Shown: positions 21,264 to 30,999 of the stretch, one piece after another
Numbering within the stretch: position 1 is the stretch's first letter
How the letters are laid out: each line of letters begins with the position of its first letter
DNA from: an uncultured Prevotellaceae bacterium
GTDB taxonomy: Bacteria; Bacteroidota; Bacteroidia; Bacteroidales; Bacteroidaceae
Reading direction: 5' to 3'
DNA: 64,000 bases
Assembly: GCA_946188395.1 (NCBI GenBank)
Contig: CAMHUU010000006.1
Span: 21,866 to 85,865, forward strand
Notes under the pieces: model-generated
What the model was told of the DNA's origin: nothing
Seen by the model: the letters and a program-made list of their open reading frames with translations, nothing else
The model's database searches: none
Made by a program: the position numbers and the translations under genes

Positions 21264-21320
21264 TGGTGCAAAGATACGGAGTTTTTCGACAAGAACAAGC
21301 GAAATTACGTAAAAAAAGCA

Positions 21321-21399
21321 CGTAAACGTTTGCGAGTTTGCGTAATTTTACGTAACTTTGCAGCGTTTACATAGCATTGTGGCGGAAACGCTGCAAAGT
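21321..21399 (+). promoter_or_regulatory. Promoter overlapped by three LacI-family operator-like sites
   Basis: -33 TTTG (21329-21332), 20-nt spacer, -7 TAacTTTG (21353-21360). CG-centred sites CGTAAACGTTTGCG (21321-21334), TTGCAGCGTTTACA (21358-21371) and CGGAAACGCTGCAA (21383-21396). Confidence 0.7.
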
Positions 21400-21421
21400 A
21401 CTAATATAATAACGCTGACCT

Positions 21422-24400
21422 ATGGCAAATAACAGACAACACCGAACTTCGTTGAAAGACTTGGCCCGCGAGCTGGACGTGAGTATCGCTACCGTGAGTC
21501 GTGCCCTGCGCAGTTCTCCCGAAATAGGCAAGGATATGCAGCAGCGCGTGAAGGACCTGGCCAAGAAGTTGAACTACCGTCCGAACCCCTTTGCGCAGAG
21601 CCTGCGTAAGGAGGCTCCGAAAGTGATTGGCGTGGTGATACCGAACCTGGTGACGCACTACTATGCTGCCGTGCTGGACGGCATCGAGAGTGAAGCACGG
21701 CGCGCAGGTTACAGCGTGATTAGCGCAAACAGCCATGAGAATTTCGAGGACGAGGCGATGGCGGTGGACAATTTCATCGGACTGCACGTGGAGGGCATCA
21801 TAGCCTGTCTGGCACAGAATACGAAGGACTACAGCCACTTCGAGGAGTTGGCGGAGATGGGTATTCCGCTGGTGTTCTTCGGACGAACCTGTCTGACAGA
21901 CCGCTGTTCGTCGGTAACGGCCAACGGCGACGAGGCTGCCTACGAGGCCACGCAGCACCTGATAGAGACGGGTAGCCGGCGCATAGCCTTTATTGGCGGT
22001 CCGAACCACCTGGACATGGTGTGCCGCCGCAAGCACGGTTACCTGGAGGCGCTGCGCGACAACAGGATTGGCATAGACCGCAACCTGGTGGTGTGCGACA
22101 AGATAGACTACCAGACGGCGCTGCAAAACACGATGGACTTGCTGGAAAGCGATCACTGCCCGGACGCCATCCTGGCATTTAACGATATCATTACCTTTGC
22201 TGCTTTTACGGCCATCAAGAACTGCGGCAAGAAGATTCCCGAGGACGTGGCGCTGATAGGCTTTACGGACGACGTGCACGCGGAATACGTGACACCGCGG
22301 CTGTCGGCCATTGAGGACCAGTCGTACGAGATGGGCGTCAAGACCTGCCAGCTGTTGCTGAAGAGCATTCAGGGCGACACGAAGGTGTACAAGGAGATTG
22401 TGCCGCAGAAGGTGGTCATCCGCGAGACGTCGTCGAAATCGCTGCTGAAGAAGGTGCTGATGGTGCTGGCATTTTTGCTGATGGTGCCGCTGGCCCTGCA
22501 GGCAGCCCTGCCCGACATGAAGTTCCGCAGGCTGGACACCCGCAACGGACTGTCGAACTCGCAGGTAAACTGTTCGTTCCGCGACTCGCGAGGGTATATG
22601 TGGTTTGGTACGGCCTACGGACTGAACCGCTACGATGGCTATCGTGTGAAGACATTCTTCACGAATATGCGCGACACGACGACCATGCGCGACAACTATA
22701 CCAGTGAGATTATGGAGGACTACTCTGGTAAGCTGTGGCTGCACCAGGGCATGAACTACAGCGTCTACGACCCGACGACGGAGAAGTTCGAACGAAACGT
22801 GTCGAAGGAGCTGGAACGGTATTTCGGCTTTAATAAGGGCGTCGAGAAGTTGTATATAGACTCGAAGAAGAATTTCTGGGTGAAGTTCTATGACGAGGGT
22901 CTGTGGTATTACAACCCGCGCACGAAGAAGACCAACCACTTCAGCTATGGCTACGGGGTGAACGAGATGAACCCCACGTACAACATCACCGCCTATGCCG
23001 ACTATGGTGACGAGTTGCTGATGGTGACGACGAACGGCCAGTTGGTGAGCTTCAACGGCGAACAGGGCGTGAAGGTGATGGACGACAATTGGATGCGCGA
23101 ACACGGCTCGATGGAGAACAGGGAATACCGCCTGTCGGTGGACCCCGAGGGAAACATCTGGGTGTCGGTGGAGCACGAGAGCTATATCAAGCTGAAGAAA
23201 ACCAACCAGTGGAGGGTAGGGTATGTCGACTATCTGCGCGAGCTGCAGATTGAGGGAATGCCTGATGACCTGCAGGTGTGGGACACGAAATTTGATGCCA
23301 AGGGACGGCTGTGGTTTGCCACCGACCATGAAGGCTTGCTGGTGATAGACCTGAAGAACCGCGAGATGCGCCAATTCCTGAACAACAAGCTGGACGAGAC
23401 ATCGGTGAGCGACAACACGCTGCGTAACGTCTATATGGACAACCGCGGACTGGTGTGGATCGGTACCTATAAGAACGGTGTCAACATGTATAAGGAAGGT
23501 TCGACGAATATGATGAACCTGGAACTGGGCGACATCAATGCCGTGAGCGAGGACCGATGGGGCAACTACTGGCTGGGCACCAACGAGCGCGGCATCATCG
23601 TCTATAACCCCAAGACGCACGAGCAGTTGGCGCACTATACCAAAGAAAACAGCCCCATGCTGGGTAACATCATGGTGGGAACTCACCGGGCCAGCGACGG
23701 CAGCATATGGTTTGGCGGCTACAACAGCGGTATGACGCGTTGCATCCCCAAGAATGCCCAGGGCGAGGCCACTATCGTAAGCTACCGATATACTGGCGAT
23801 CCCGACGGACTGGCTACCGACAACGTGTGGAGCATTACGGAAGACAAGTGGCACCGCATCTGGCTGGGTACGTTGGGTGCCGGCATCCAGATGCTGGACC
23901 TGAAGACGGGTAAGTTCCGCACGTGGGATATGAATAACACGCAACTGCCCAGCAACTACATCACCTCGGCCTCGTGGATCAAGAAAGGCTGGCTGATGAT
24001 GGGTACGAGCTGGTATTACAGTTTTGTGAATCCGGTGACGGGCAAATTGGCTAACCGCATCATCCCCGAAGACCCCAGCGTGCCTGTACAGACGGGTAGC
24101 ACGGTGTGTGTCATGGAAGATTCGCGCGGCATTATCTGGCAGGGCAGTAGTTCGGGTGCCATAGCCTACGACCAGCAGCGTCGTCAGGTCCGTCTGCTGG
24201 ACATGCAAGACGGTCTGTTCGGATCGAGTGTCTGTTCGATCATCGAGGATACGCAGCACCACATCTGGGTGGTCACCGAGCACGGCGTCTCGAAGATTGT
24301 GCCCCAGTTGCAGGAGGACGGCAAGTGGCAGTTCAGCGTCAGCAGCTATAACAACCGCGACGGACTGCAGCAGTCAGCCTACAACCAGCGCTCGACGTGG

Positions 24401-25552
24401 CTGACGCACGACGGATTGGTGCTGATAGGCGGTCAGGGTGGTCTGGACATCATCAACCCCAAGGCGATGACGGACGAGAAGAGCAAGGAGCGCCCTATCT
24501 TCAGCGGCTTGCAGATTTTCGATGCCGATGTGCCCGTAGACCGCGAGGTGGACGGACGACTGATTCTGGAGGAGTCGCTGGAAGACTGCCACGAGATTAC
24601 GCTGCGCTACAACGATCAGTTTACCATTCAGCTGGCCAGTGATGCGGGCATGGTGAACAACGGCAAGCGCTTCGTGTACCGCCTGGAAGGATTCAACGAA
24701 AACTGGGTAAAAACGTCGGAGCTGAATCCGAACATCACCTATAACTCGCTGCGTGCCGGCAGCTACACACTGCATGTGCGCATGCTGAACGACGACGGTA
24801 CGTTTGGCGAGGAGGAGGCCACGCTGGACATCACCATACGTCCTGCCCTATGGCGTACGCGCTGGATGATACTGCTTTACATGCTGATCATAGCCGCTGC
24901 TGCCTGGATTTGGCGGAAGTGGTTCATGAAGCGCCACGAGAAGCGCATGCAAACCGAGACGTTCCGTCGGGAAATGGAGAACCAGCAGTGGATGAACCAG
25001 ATGCGTATGCAGATGGCGAAGGAACGGCAGGACGCTGCACCTGCTGCTGCCCAGAACCATGAGGACGTTGCATTGGACATCAAGACGGAAGACCTGGTGT
25101 TCTTTACGCGCAATTTCTGCGAGCAATACCAGTCGCCCGATCCAGAGAAAAAAGTGAAGGTGAATTTCCTGTCGTCGCTCGACCAGCTGGCTGTGCTGAT
25201 GGACGAAGCGAAGATGACGGAGGTTTATGAAATCCTGTTCCGCAATTCCATCGCGTTTACCCACGAGAACCCCGTCATCAGTGTGGGCGTGGCTCGTACG
25301 CGCGACGGTAAGGCACAGATACAGGTGATTGACAACGGCATCGGCATCAGGGACGAGTTCAAGGAACACGCCTTCGACCCCATGGTGAATAACGAGGGCT
25401 TGGGACTGGACCGCGTGAAGGAGATTATTGAGGGCCAAGGCGGTACGATTACGCTGGACGACAACCCCGGCGGCGGTACCATCTTCTACATCACGCTGCC
25501 TACGGTAGACGATGATGCCGAGGTGGAAGAGGCCATAATCATAGAAGACTAA
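21422..25552 (+). CDS. Fusion: LacI-family repressor + TM/signal segment + HTCS-type beta-propeller/Y_Y_Y sensor + TM + HATPase_c
   Basis: 'SLKDLARELDVSIATVSRAL...YRPN' through 'VVIRETS', then 'KKVLMVLAFLLMVPLALQA', propeller blades, 'LRAGSYTLHVRM', TM, 'DNGIGI', 'GLGL', 'GGGTIFYITLP'. One uninterrupted 1376-aa ORF. Confidence 0.85.
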   Translation: MANNRQHRTSLKDLARELDVSIATVSRALRSSPEIGKDMQQRVKDLAKKLNYRPNPFAQSLRKEAPKVIGVVIPNLVTHYYAAVLDGIESEARRAGYSVISANSHENFEDEAMAVDNFIGLHVEGIIACLAQNTKDYSHFEELAEMGIPLVFFGRTCLTDRCSSVTANGDEAAYEATQHLIETGSRRIAFIGGPNHLDMVCRRKHGYLEALRDNRIGIDRNLVVCDKIDYQTALQNTMDLLESDHCPDAILAFNDIITFAAFTAIKNCGKKIPEDVALIGFTDDVHAEYVTPRLSAIEDQSYEMGVKTCQLLLKSIQGDTKVYKEIVPQKVVIRETSSKSLLKKVLMVLAFLLMVPLALQAALPDMKFRRLDTRNGLSNSQVNCSFRDSRGYMWFGTAYGLNRYDGYRVKTFFTNMRDTTTMRDNYTSEIMEDYSGKLWLHQGMNYSVYDPTTEKFERNVSKELERYFGFNKGVEKLYIDSKKNFWVKFYDEGLWYYNPRTKKTNHFSYGYGVNEMNPTYNITAYADYGDELLMVTTNGQLVSFNGEQGVKVMDDNWMREHGSMENREYRLSVDPEGNIWVSVEHESYIKLKKTNQWRVGYVDYLRELQIEGMPDDLQVWDTKFDAKGRLWFATDHEGLLVIDLKNREMRQFLNNKLDETSVSDNTLRNVYMDNRGLVWIGTYKNGVNMYKEGSTNMMNLELGDINAVSEDRWGNYWLGTNERGIIVYNPKTHEQLAHYTKENSPMLGNIMVGTHRASDGSIWFGGYNSGMTRCIPKNAQGEATIVSYRYTGDPDGLATDNVWSITEDKWHRIWLGTLGAGIQMLDLKTGKFRTWDMNNTQLPSNYITSASWIKKGWLMMGTSWYYSFVNPVTGKLANRIIPEDPSVPVQTGSTVCVMEDSRGIIWQGSSSGAIAYDQQRRQVRLLDMQDGLFGSSVCSIIEDTQHHIWVVTEHGVSKIVPQLQEDGKWQFSVSSYNNRDGLQQSAYNQRSTWLTHDGLVLIGGQGGLDIINPKAMTDEKSKERPIFSGLQIFDADVPVDREVDGRLILEESLEDCHEITLRYNDQFTIQLASDAGMVNNGKRFVYRLEGFNENWVKTSELNPNITYNSLRAGSYTLHVRMLNDDGTFGEEEATLDITIRPALWRTRWMILLYMLIIAAAAWIWRKWFMKRHEKRMQTETFRREMENQQWMNQMRMQMAKERQDAAPAAAQNHEDVALDIKTEDLVFFTRNFCEQYQSPDPEKKVKVNFLSSLDQLAVLMDEAKMTEVYEILFRNSIAFTHENPVISVGVARTRDGKAQIQVIDNGIGIRDEFKEHAFDPMVNNEGLGLDRVKEIIEGQGGTITLDDNPGGGTIFYITLPTVDDDAEVEEAIIIED

Positions 25553-25580
25553 AAAACAAACTAAAAAGATAAATTACAGA

Positions 25581-28500
25581 ATGAGAATTCTTAGAACGAT
25601 GATGACAGGTGTGCTGACATTTGCAGCAACAGCGATGATAGCTGCAGACTACACCGTCGACGGACAGTATGTCACGATTCCCGTGAAAGAAGCAAAGGCA
25701 GGCGGAGCCCAGCTGGTACGCCTGCAAGTAGTGAACGACCGCATTATCCGTGTGCAGGCAACGTCGAAGGCCCAGCTGCCCGAGAAGCAGAGCCTGATGA
25801 TTGTGGCGCAGACACAGAAGCCGAAGTTCGACGTCTATTCCCTGGACAATACCGATGAGGTTTGGGTGAAGGCTGCCAAGGTGATGGCCAAGGTGAATAC
25901 CGGCTCTGGGCAAATTACTTTTTATGACGAGCAGGAAAGGGAACTGCTGAAGGAGTCGAAGGACGGCAAGAAGTTCTGGGACTTCACGGTACCCGAGCGT
26001 GAACTGGGTATGCGAAACGGCTATACGGTGCCTGAGGAGCAGAAGCACGGCCTGTCGTGGCAGATGAAGTTCGACTCGCCCGACGACGAGGCGTTCTACG
26101 GTCTGGGACAGCACCAGAGCGAGGAGTTCAACATGAAGGGCAAGAACGAGGACCTGTTTCAGTATAACACCAAGGTGAGTATCCCGTTTGTGCTGTCGAA
26201 CAAGAACTACGGACTGCTGTGGGATTCGTACAGCTACTGCCGCTTTGGCAATCCGAACGACTACCTGCAACTGAACCGCGCCTTCATACTCTACGACAGA
26301 AATGGCAAGCAAGGACACCTGACAGGAACCTACGTCGACGCCAAGGGTAAGAAACTGGTGCGTGACGAGGATAGTATATATTATGAATATGGTACGCCCG
26401 CGAAATCGGCTATTGCCCTGAAGACCGACAATGGCGGCATCAAGAATTTCCCGAAGGACTTCAACTTGATGGGTGCCAACGTGACCTACGAGGGATTCAT
26501 CGAGCCAGAATGCTGCTGCAAGGCCCAAGGCAAGAAGGGTAAGAAACACATGCAGCTGTATCAGTTTGTGCTTTACTATTCCGGTTATGTGAAGGTGTAT
26601 ATCGACGGCAAGGAGGTGGTGCCCGAGCGTTGGCGCACGGCCTGGAACCCCAATACCTATAAGTTTGCCACCGAGTTGCAGAAGGGCAAGCGCGTGCAGT
26701 TGCGCATCGAGTGGCGTCCTGACGGCGGCGAGGCCTATTGCGGACTGCGTGTGTCGGAACCCCGCAGTGCCGAGGAGCGCGGCAAGTTGAGCGTATGGAG
26801 CGAGATGGCCAAGGACATGGATTACTACTTCATTGCCGGTGACAATCTGGACGAAGTCATCTCCGGCTATCGCACACTGACGGGTAAGGCCAGCCTCTAT
26901 CCTAAGTGGGTGCTGGGCTTCTGGCAGAGTCGCGAGCGCTATAAGACGCAGGACGAGATTGAGGGCACACTGGCTGAATTCCGCCAGCGTCAGATTCCTA
27001 TCGACAACATCGTGCAGGACTGGAACTACTGGCCCGAGGACCAGTGGGGTTCTCATCAGTTTGAGGAGTCGCGCTATCCGAATCCGCAGCAGATGTTAGA
27101 CAAGGTGCACCAGATGCACGGACGCTTCATGATTTCGGTGTGGCCGAAGTTCTATTGCAACACCGACAACTACAAGGAACTCGATGCCAAGGGCTGGATG
27201 TATGTACAGAGTCCGACGGACGACATCCACGACTGGGTGGGTCCTGGCTATAAGAATGGTTTCTATGATGCCTACGATGCCGGAGCACGCAAAATGTTCT
27301 GGCGCCAGATGGACGAGAATCTGTATACCAAGTACAACCACGACGGCATCGCTGGTGTCGACGCGTGGTGGATGGATGCCTCGGAGCCTAATGTGCGCGA
27401 CTGCACGCCGATGTGGTATCGCAAGGCGTTGAGTGGTCCTACGGCCTTGGGAACCTCTACGGAATATTTCAATGCCTATTCGACGGTGAATGCCGATGCC
27501 ATCTACAACGGCCAGCGTTCCGTTTGGAAGGGTAAGAAGGACGAACCGCGCGTGTTCCTGTTGACGCGTAGCGGATTTGCCGGCGAACAGCGCTTCTCGA
27601 CGGCTACGTGGAGCGGCGATATCGGAACCCGTTGGGAGGATATGCGCGCCCAGATGACGGCAGGTCTGAACTATTCCATCTCGGGTGTTCCCTTCTGGGG
27701 TATGGACCAGGGCGGTTTCTGTGTGGAGAACCGCTATGTGGCTGCTCAGCAGCTGTTCGACAAGAGTGGGGTAGAGAACGAGGACCTGAAGGAGTGGCGT
27801 GAGTTGCAGACCCGCTGGAACCAGTTTGGAGCCTTTATCCCCCTGTTCCGCTCGCATGGCCAGTGGCCGTTGCGCGAAATCTGGAACATCGCTCCAGACA
27901 ATCATCCTGCCTACAAGTCGTTCGTCTATTACGACAAGCTGCGCTATCGCCTCATGCCGTACCTCTATTCGATGGCTGGTTGGGCTCACTTCAAGGACTA
28001 CACGCTGATGCGTCCGCTCATCATGGATTTCAATGGCGACAAGGAGGTAGAGAACATTGGCAACCAGTGGATGTTCGGTCCGGCGCTGATGGCTTGTCCC
28101 GTGGGCTACTACAAGGCACGCAACCGCTCGGTGTACTTCCCCGTGGATTGTGGCTGGTATAACCTCTATACCAACGAGTACGTCGAGGGTGGTCAGAACC
28201 TCATCGTCGAGGCTCCTTACGAGCAGATTCCCGTCTTTGTCCGCGAGGGTGCCATCATCCCCTTCGGACCCGAGATGCAGTGGAGCGACGAGAAACCCGC
28301 CGAGCTCATCAACCTCTACGTCTATGCCGGCCAGAATGGTAAGTTCCAACTGTACGAGGACGAAGGTGTGAACTACAACTACGAGAAGGGCAAATATGCC
28401 ACTATCGACATCGCGTACGACGACAACAGCCGTACCGTCACTTTCTCGGCACGCAAGGGCAACTTCCCCGGCATGCTGAAGCAGCGCCGCTTCAATGTGG

Positions 28501-28598
28501 TGCTTATCACGAAGGACCAGGCTAAGCCACTGAACCTCGACAATCCTGAGGGTACGATGGTGCAGTACGCTGGTAAAGAGGTGAGTGTTAAACTGTAA
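25581..28598 (+). CDS. Glycoside hydrolase family 31, probable alpha-xylosidase with PA14-like insert
   Basis: 'FYGLGQH', 'GFWQSRERY', 'IVQDW', nucleophile 'WWMDASEP', acid/base 'WSGDIG', 'FRSHG', 'LYEDEG'; signal peptide present. Confidence 0.9.
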   Translation: MRILRTMMTGVLTFAATAMIAADYTVDGQYVTIPVKEAKAGGAQLVRLQVVNDRIIRVQATSKAQLPEKQSLMIVAQTQKPKFDVYSLDNTDEVWVKAAKVMAKVNTGSGQITFYDEQERELLKESKDGKKFWDFTVPERELGMRNGYTVPEEQKHGLSWQMKFDSPDDEAFYGLGQHQSEEFNMKGKNEDLFQYNTKVSIPFVLSNKNYGLLWDSYSYCRFGNPNDYLQLNRAFILYDRNGKQGHLTGTYVDAKGKKLVRDEDSIYYEYGTPAKSAIALKTDNGGIKNFPKDFNLMGANVTYEGFIEPECCCKAQGKKGKKHMQLYQFVLYYSGYVKVYIDGKEVVPERWRTAWNPNTYKFATELQKGKRVQLRIEWRPDGGEAYCGLRVSEPRSAEERGKLSVWSEMAKDMDYYFIAGDNLDEVISGYRTLTGKASLYPKWVLGFWQSRERYKTQDEIEGTLAEFRQRQIPIDNIVQDWNYWPEDQWGSHQFEESRYPNPQQMLDKVHQMHGRFMISVWPKFYCNTDNYKELDAKGWMYVQSPTDDIHDWVGPGYKNGFYDAYDAGARKMFWRQMDENLYTKYNHDGIAGVDAWWMDASEPNVRDCTPMWYRKALSGPTALGTSTEYFNAYSTVNADAIYNGQRSVWKGKKDEPRVFLLTRSGFAGEQRFSTATWSGDIGTRWEDMRAQMTAGLNYSISGVPFWGMDQGGFCVENRYVAAQQLFDKSGVENEDLKEWRELQTRWNQFGAFIPLFRSHGQWPLREIWNIAPDNHPAYKSFVYYDKLRYRLMPYLYSMAGWAHFKDYTLMRPLIMDFNGDKEVENIGNQWMFGPALMACPVGYYKARNRSVYFPVDCGWYNLYTNEYVEGGQNLIVEAPYEQIPVFVREGAIIPFGPEMQWSDEKPAELINLYVYAGQNGKFQLYEDEGVNYNYEKGKYATIDIAYDDNSRTVTFSARKGNFPGMLKQRRFNVVLITKDQAKPLNLDNPEGTMVQYAGKEVSVKL

Positions 28599-28601
28599 TT
28601 C

Positions 28602-30359
28602 ATGAACATCAAAACCATCCTGTCAGCCCTGATGCTGGCGTTGCTCTTGGCTACGCCGGCACAAGCTGCTGACTATAAGGAGTCGCCGGAGTATCTGACG
28701 TTGCGCGACTCCGTGCATCACGCCTTCAACGATGGCGACAGCGCCCGATTCTATGCTGCCGTCCGCCAGTTGCAGGACTACCTGTTGGCACAGAACGACC
28801 AGCATGCGTACTATACGCAACGGTGTAACGAGATTGTCTTCGAACTGAACCGAATGAACATCTTCGGGTCGTACAAACTGGCTCAGCAACTGTCTAAGGA
28901 GCTGACCGAAAAGAAACTCGACAAGGAGATGTATATGGCCGTCAACATGATGGGTCATGTCTACAATTATACCGGCAACAAGGATTTGGCCAAGCAGTGC
29001 TTCTGGGACGTCATCCACCGCATGGAGAAGGAGGGCTATACCGAGAGTATTCCGCCCATTTACTTGAATCTGGTGAACATCGTCATCGATGAAGATCCCC
29101 AGGAGGCGCTGAAACTCATTGACAAGGCACTGGACATAGCCCATGCCACCTCGCCAACGCGCGTGTTCGATATCGAGGCACGTCGCACGCTGGCCTATTA
29201 TAAATTAGGTGACATGGAGCGTTTCGTCGAGGGCTACAAGGCCTACAAGGAGGGCGCCGCCAAGGGCCTTTCGTCGGTACATGGACGGCAGTTGGAAATC
29301 AGGTGGCTGGCCTATAACGGACAAACTGATGAGGCTGTACGGATGGCTGCAGAAATAACAGATGATCCATTCGAGACCCAGGCAGAGATCTATTCGCAGG
29401 CTGGGCGTTGGCAGGAGGCTTTCGAAGCGTTGAAGAAAGGAACAGCAGAGACCGATTCCGTCAACAGCATCCTCCTGTCGAGTTCGATGCAGGGCATCCA
29501 AAACGAGCTGGAGATGTATGAGGTGCGCCGCCAGCAGAGCCGCGTCATGTTCTATAGCATGGTCATCGTCATCAGCCTGCTGTTGCTGCTCATTGCCGCG
29601 CTGGTTTACATCGTGCAGAGCCGACGTCGTCATTGGCGGCAGATGGAGATAGCCTATAACCGGGTGCTCGAGGCCGATAAGATGAAGGCGGAATTCATCC
29701 AGAATGTCAGCCACGAAGTACGCACGCCCCTAAACATCATCAGCGGTTTTGCGCAGGTCCTGGCCGACCCCAGCAACGATATCACCGACGACGAGCGTCG
29801 CCACATCTCGGAAACCATGATGCACAATACGCGCATCATTACCACCATGATTAACGAGGTGCTCGAGATAGCCCGTGGCGATTCCTACGATACGGCCATC
29901 GAGTTGCAGCCGTTCCGTTGCAATGAACTGCTGACGCACGTCATCGACAGCTTCTGTAAGGACCGCCTGCGTCCGAAGGAACTGCTGACGTTCGAGAGTG
30001 GCGTGGACGACGATTTCTCGTTCCCGTCGCACGAACTGTTCATGCAGCGCATCCTCAATCCGCTGCTCGACAACGCTTACAAGAACCTGCCCCCGCAGGA
30101 CGGACATGTCATCGTGCGGGTAGCAAAAACCGAACAATTCCTGGAAATAGATATCGAGGACAATGGTGAGGGCATTCCCGCCAAAGACGCTGAGCGCGTC
30201 TTCGAGCGCTTCGTCAAGCTCGACCCCTTCAAGGAGGGACTGGGACTTGGACTCACCTTCAGTCGTACCATGGCGCGCCGCATGGGGGGCGACGTCACAC
30301 TCGATACCTCATACGCAGGACCTGGCTGCCGTTTCAAAGTCAGGCTCCAGCTCAATTAG
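28602..30359 (+). CDS. Sensor histidine kinase with helical (TPR-like) periplasmic domain
   Basis: Signal peptide, TM, 'FIQNVSHEVRTPLNIISGF', 'DNGEG', 'GLGLGL'. Confidence 0.9.
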   Translation: MNIKTILSALMLALLLATPAQAADYKESPEYLTLRDSVHHAFNDGDSARFYAAVRQLQDYLLAQNDQHAYYTQRCNEIVFELNRMNIFGSYKLAQQLSKELTEKKLDKEMYMAVNMMGHVYNYTGNKDLAKQCFWDVIHRMEKEGYTESIPPIYLNLVNIVIDEDPQEALKLIDKALDIAHATSPTRVFDIEARRTLAYYKLGDMERFVEGYKAYKEGAAKGLSSVHGRQLEIRWLAYNGQTDEAVRMAAEITDDPFETQAEIYSQAGRWQEAFEALKKGTAETDSVNSILLSSSMQGIQNELEMYEVRRQQSRVMFYSMVIVISLLLLLIAALVYIVQSRRRHWRQMEIAYNRVLEADKMKAEFIQNVSHEVRTPLNIISGFAQVLADPSNDITDDERRHISETMMHNTRIITTMINEVLEIARGDSYDTAIELQPFRCNELLTHVIDSFCKDRLRPKELLTFESGVDDDFSFPSHELFMQRILNPLLDNAYKNLPPQDGHVIVRVAKTEQFLEIDIEDNGEGIPAKDAERVFERFVKLDPFKEGLGLGLTFSRTMARRMGGDVTLDTSYAGPGCRFKVRLQLN

Positions 30360-30371
30360 AATCCAACAGCA

Positions 30372-30944
30372 ATGAACATTATTCCAACAGCTATCGACGG
30401 CGTGCTGATCATCGAACCACGCATCTTCTCCGACTCAAGGGGCTATTTCTTCGAATCCTTCTCACAACGGGAGTTCGACGAGAAAGTACGCCCCATCACC
30501 TTCGTACAAGACAACGAAAGCATGTCCAGCTATGGCGTCATGCGCGGACTGCATTTCCAGCGTCCGCCCTTCACCCAAAGCAAGCTGGTGCGCTGCGTCA
30601 GGGGTGCCGTGCTCGATGTGGCAGTCGATATCCGCAAGGGCAGTCCCACCTTCGGACAGCATGTCGCTGTCGAGCTCACCGAGGACAACCATCGCCAGTT
30701 CTTCATCTCGAAGGGCTTTGCCCATGGTTTTGCCGTACTCTCCGAGACGGCTGTGTTCCAATACAAATGCGATGAGTTCTACCATCCCGAAGCCGACGAC
30801 GGCATCAGCATTCTCGACGACTCGTTAGGCATCGATTGGCGCATACCCACCGACAGGGCTATCCTGTCCGACAAGGACACGCGCCACGCACTGCTGCGTG
30901 ACTTCGAGAGTCCTTTCGACATTCACGTCGACTTATATAAATAA
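30372..30944 (+). CDS. rmlC: dTDP-4-dehydrorhamnose 3,5-epimerase
   Basis: 'DSRGYFFESF', 'FVQDNES', 'RGLHFQ', 'DVAVDIRKGSPTFG', 'GFAHGF'. Confidence 0.97.
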   Translation: MNIIPTAIDGVLIIEPRIFSDSRGYFFESFSQREFDEKVRPITFVQDNESMSSYGVMRGLHFQRPPFTQSKLVRCVRGAVLDVAVDIRKGSPTFGQHVAVELTEDNHRQFFISKGFAHGFAVLSETAVFQYKCDEFYHPEADDGISILDDSLGIDWRIPTDRAILSDKDTRHALLRDFESPFDIHVDLYK

Positions 30945-30999
30945 AGAATTACCTGGCTTTAATGCCCCAAAAAGATACGGTCTAAAATTACCTGGCAAA

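Noticed and set aside
21355-21399. Invertible promoter
   Set aside because: The IR arms enclose only 17 bp and overlap the -7 box rather than flanking a promoter. No recombinase is nearby, and LacI operators explain the symmetry.
21401-24283. 960-aa minus-strand ORF and other long antisense ORFs (e.g. 4063-5619, 25539-27056, 34108-35787, 44614-46149)
   Set aside because: They are shadows of well-supported genes on the opposite strand, have no recognisable motifs, and are expected from GC-rich third-codon bias.
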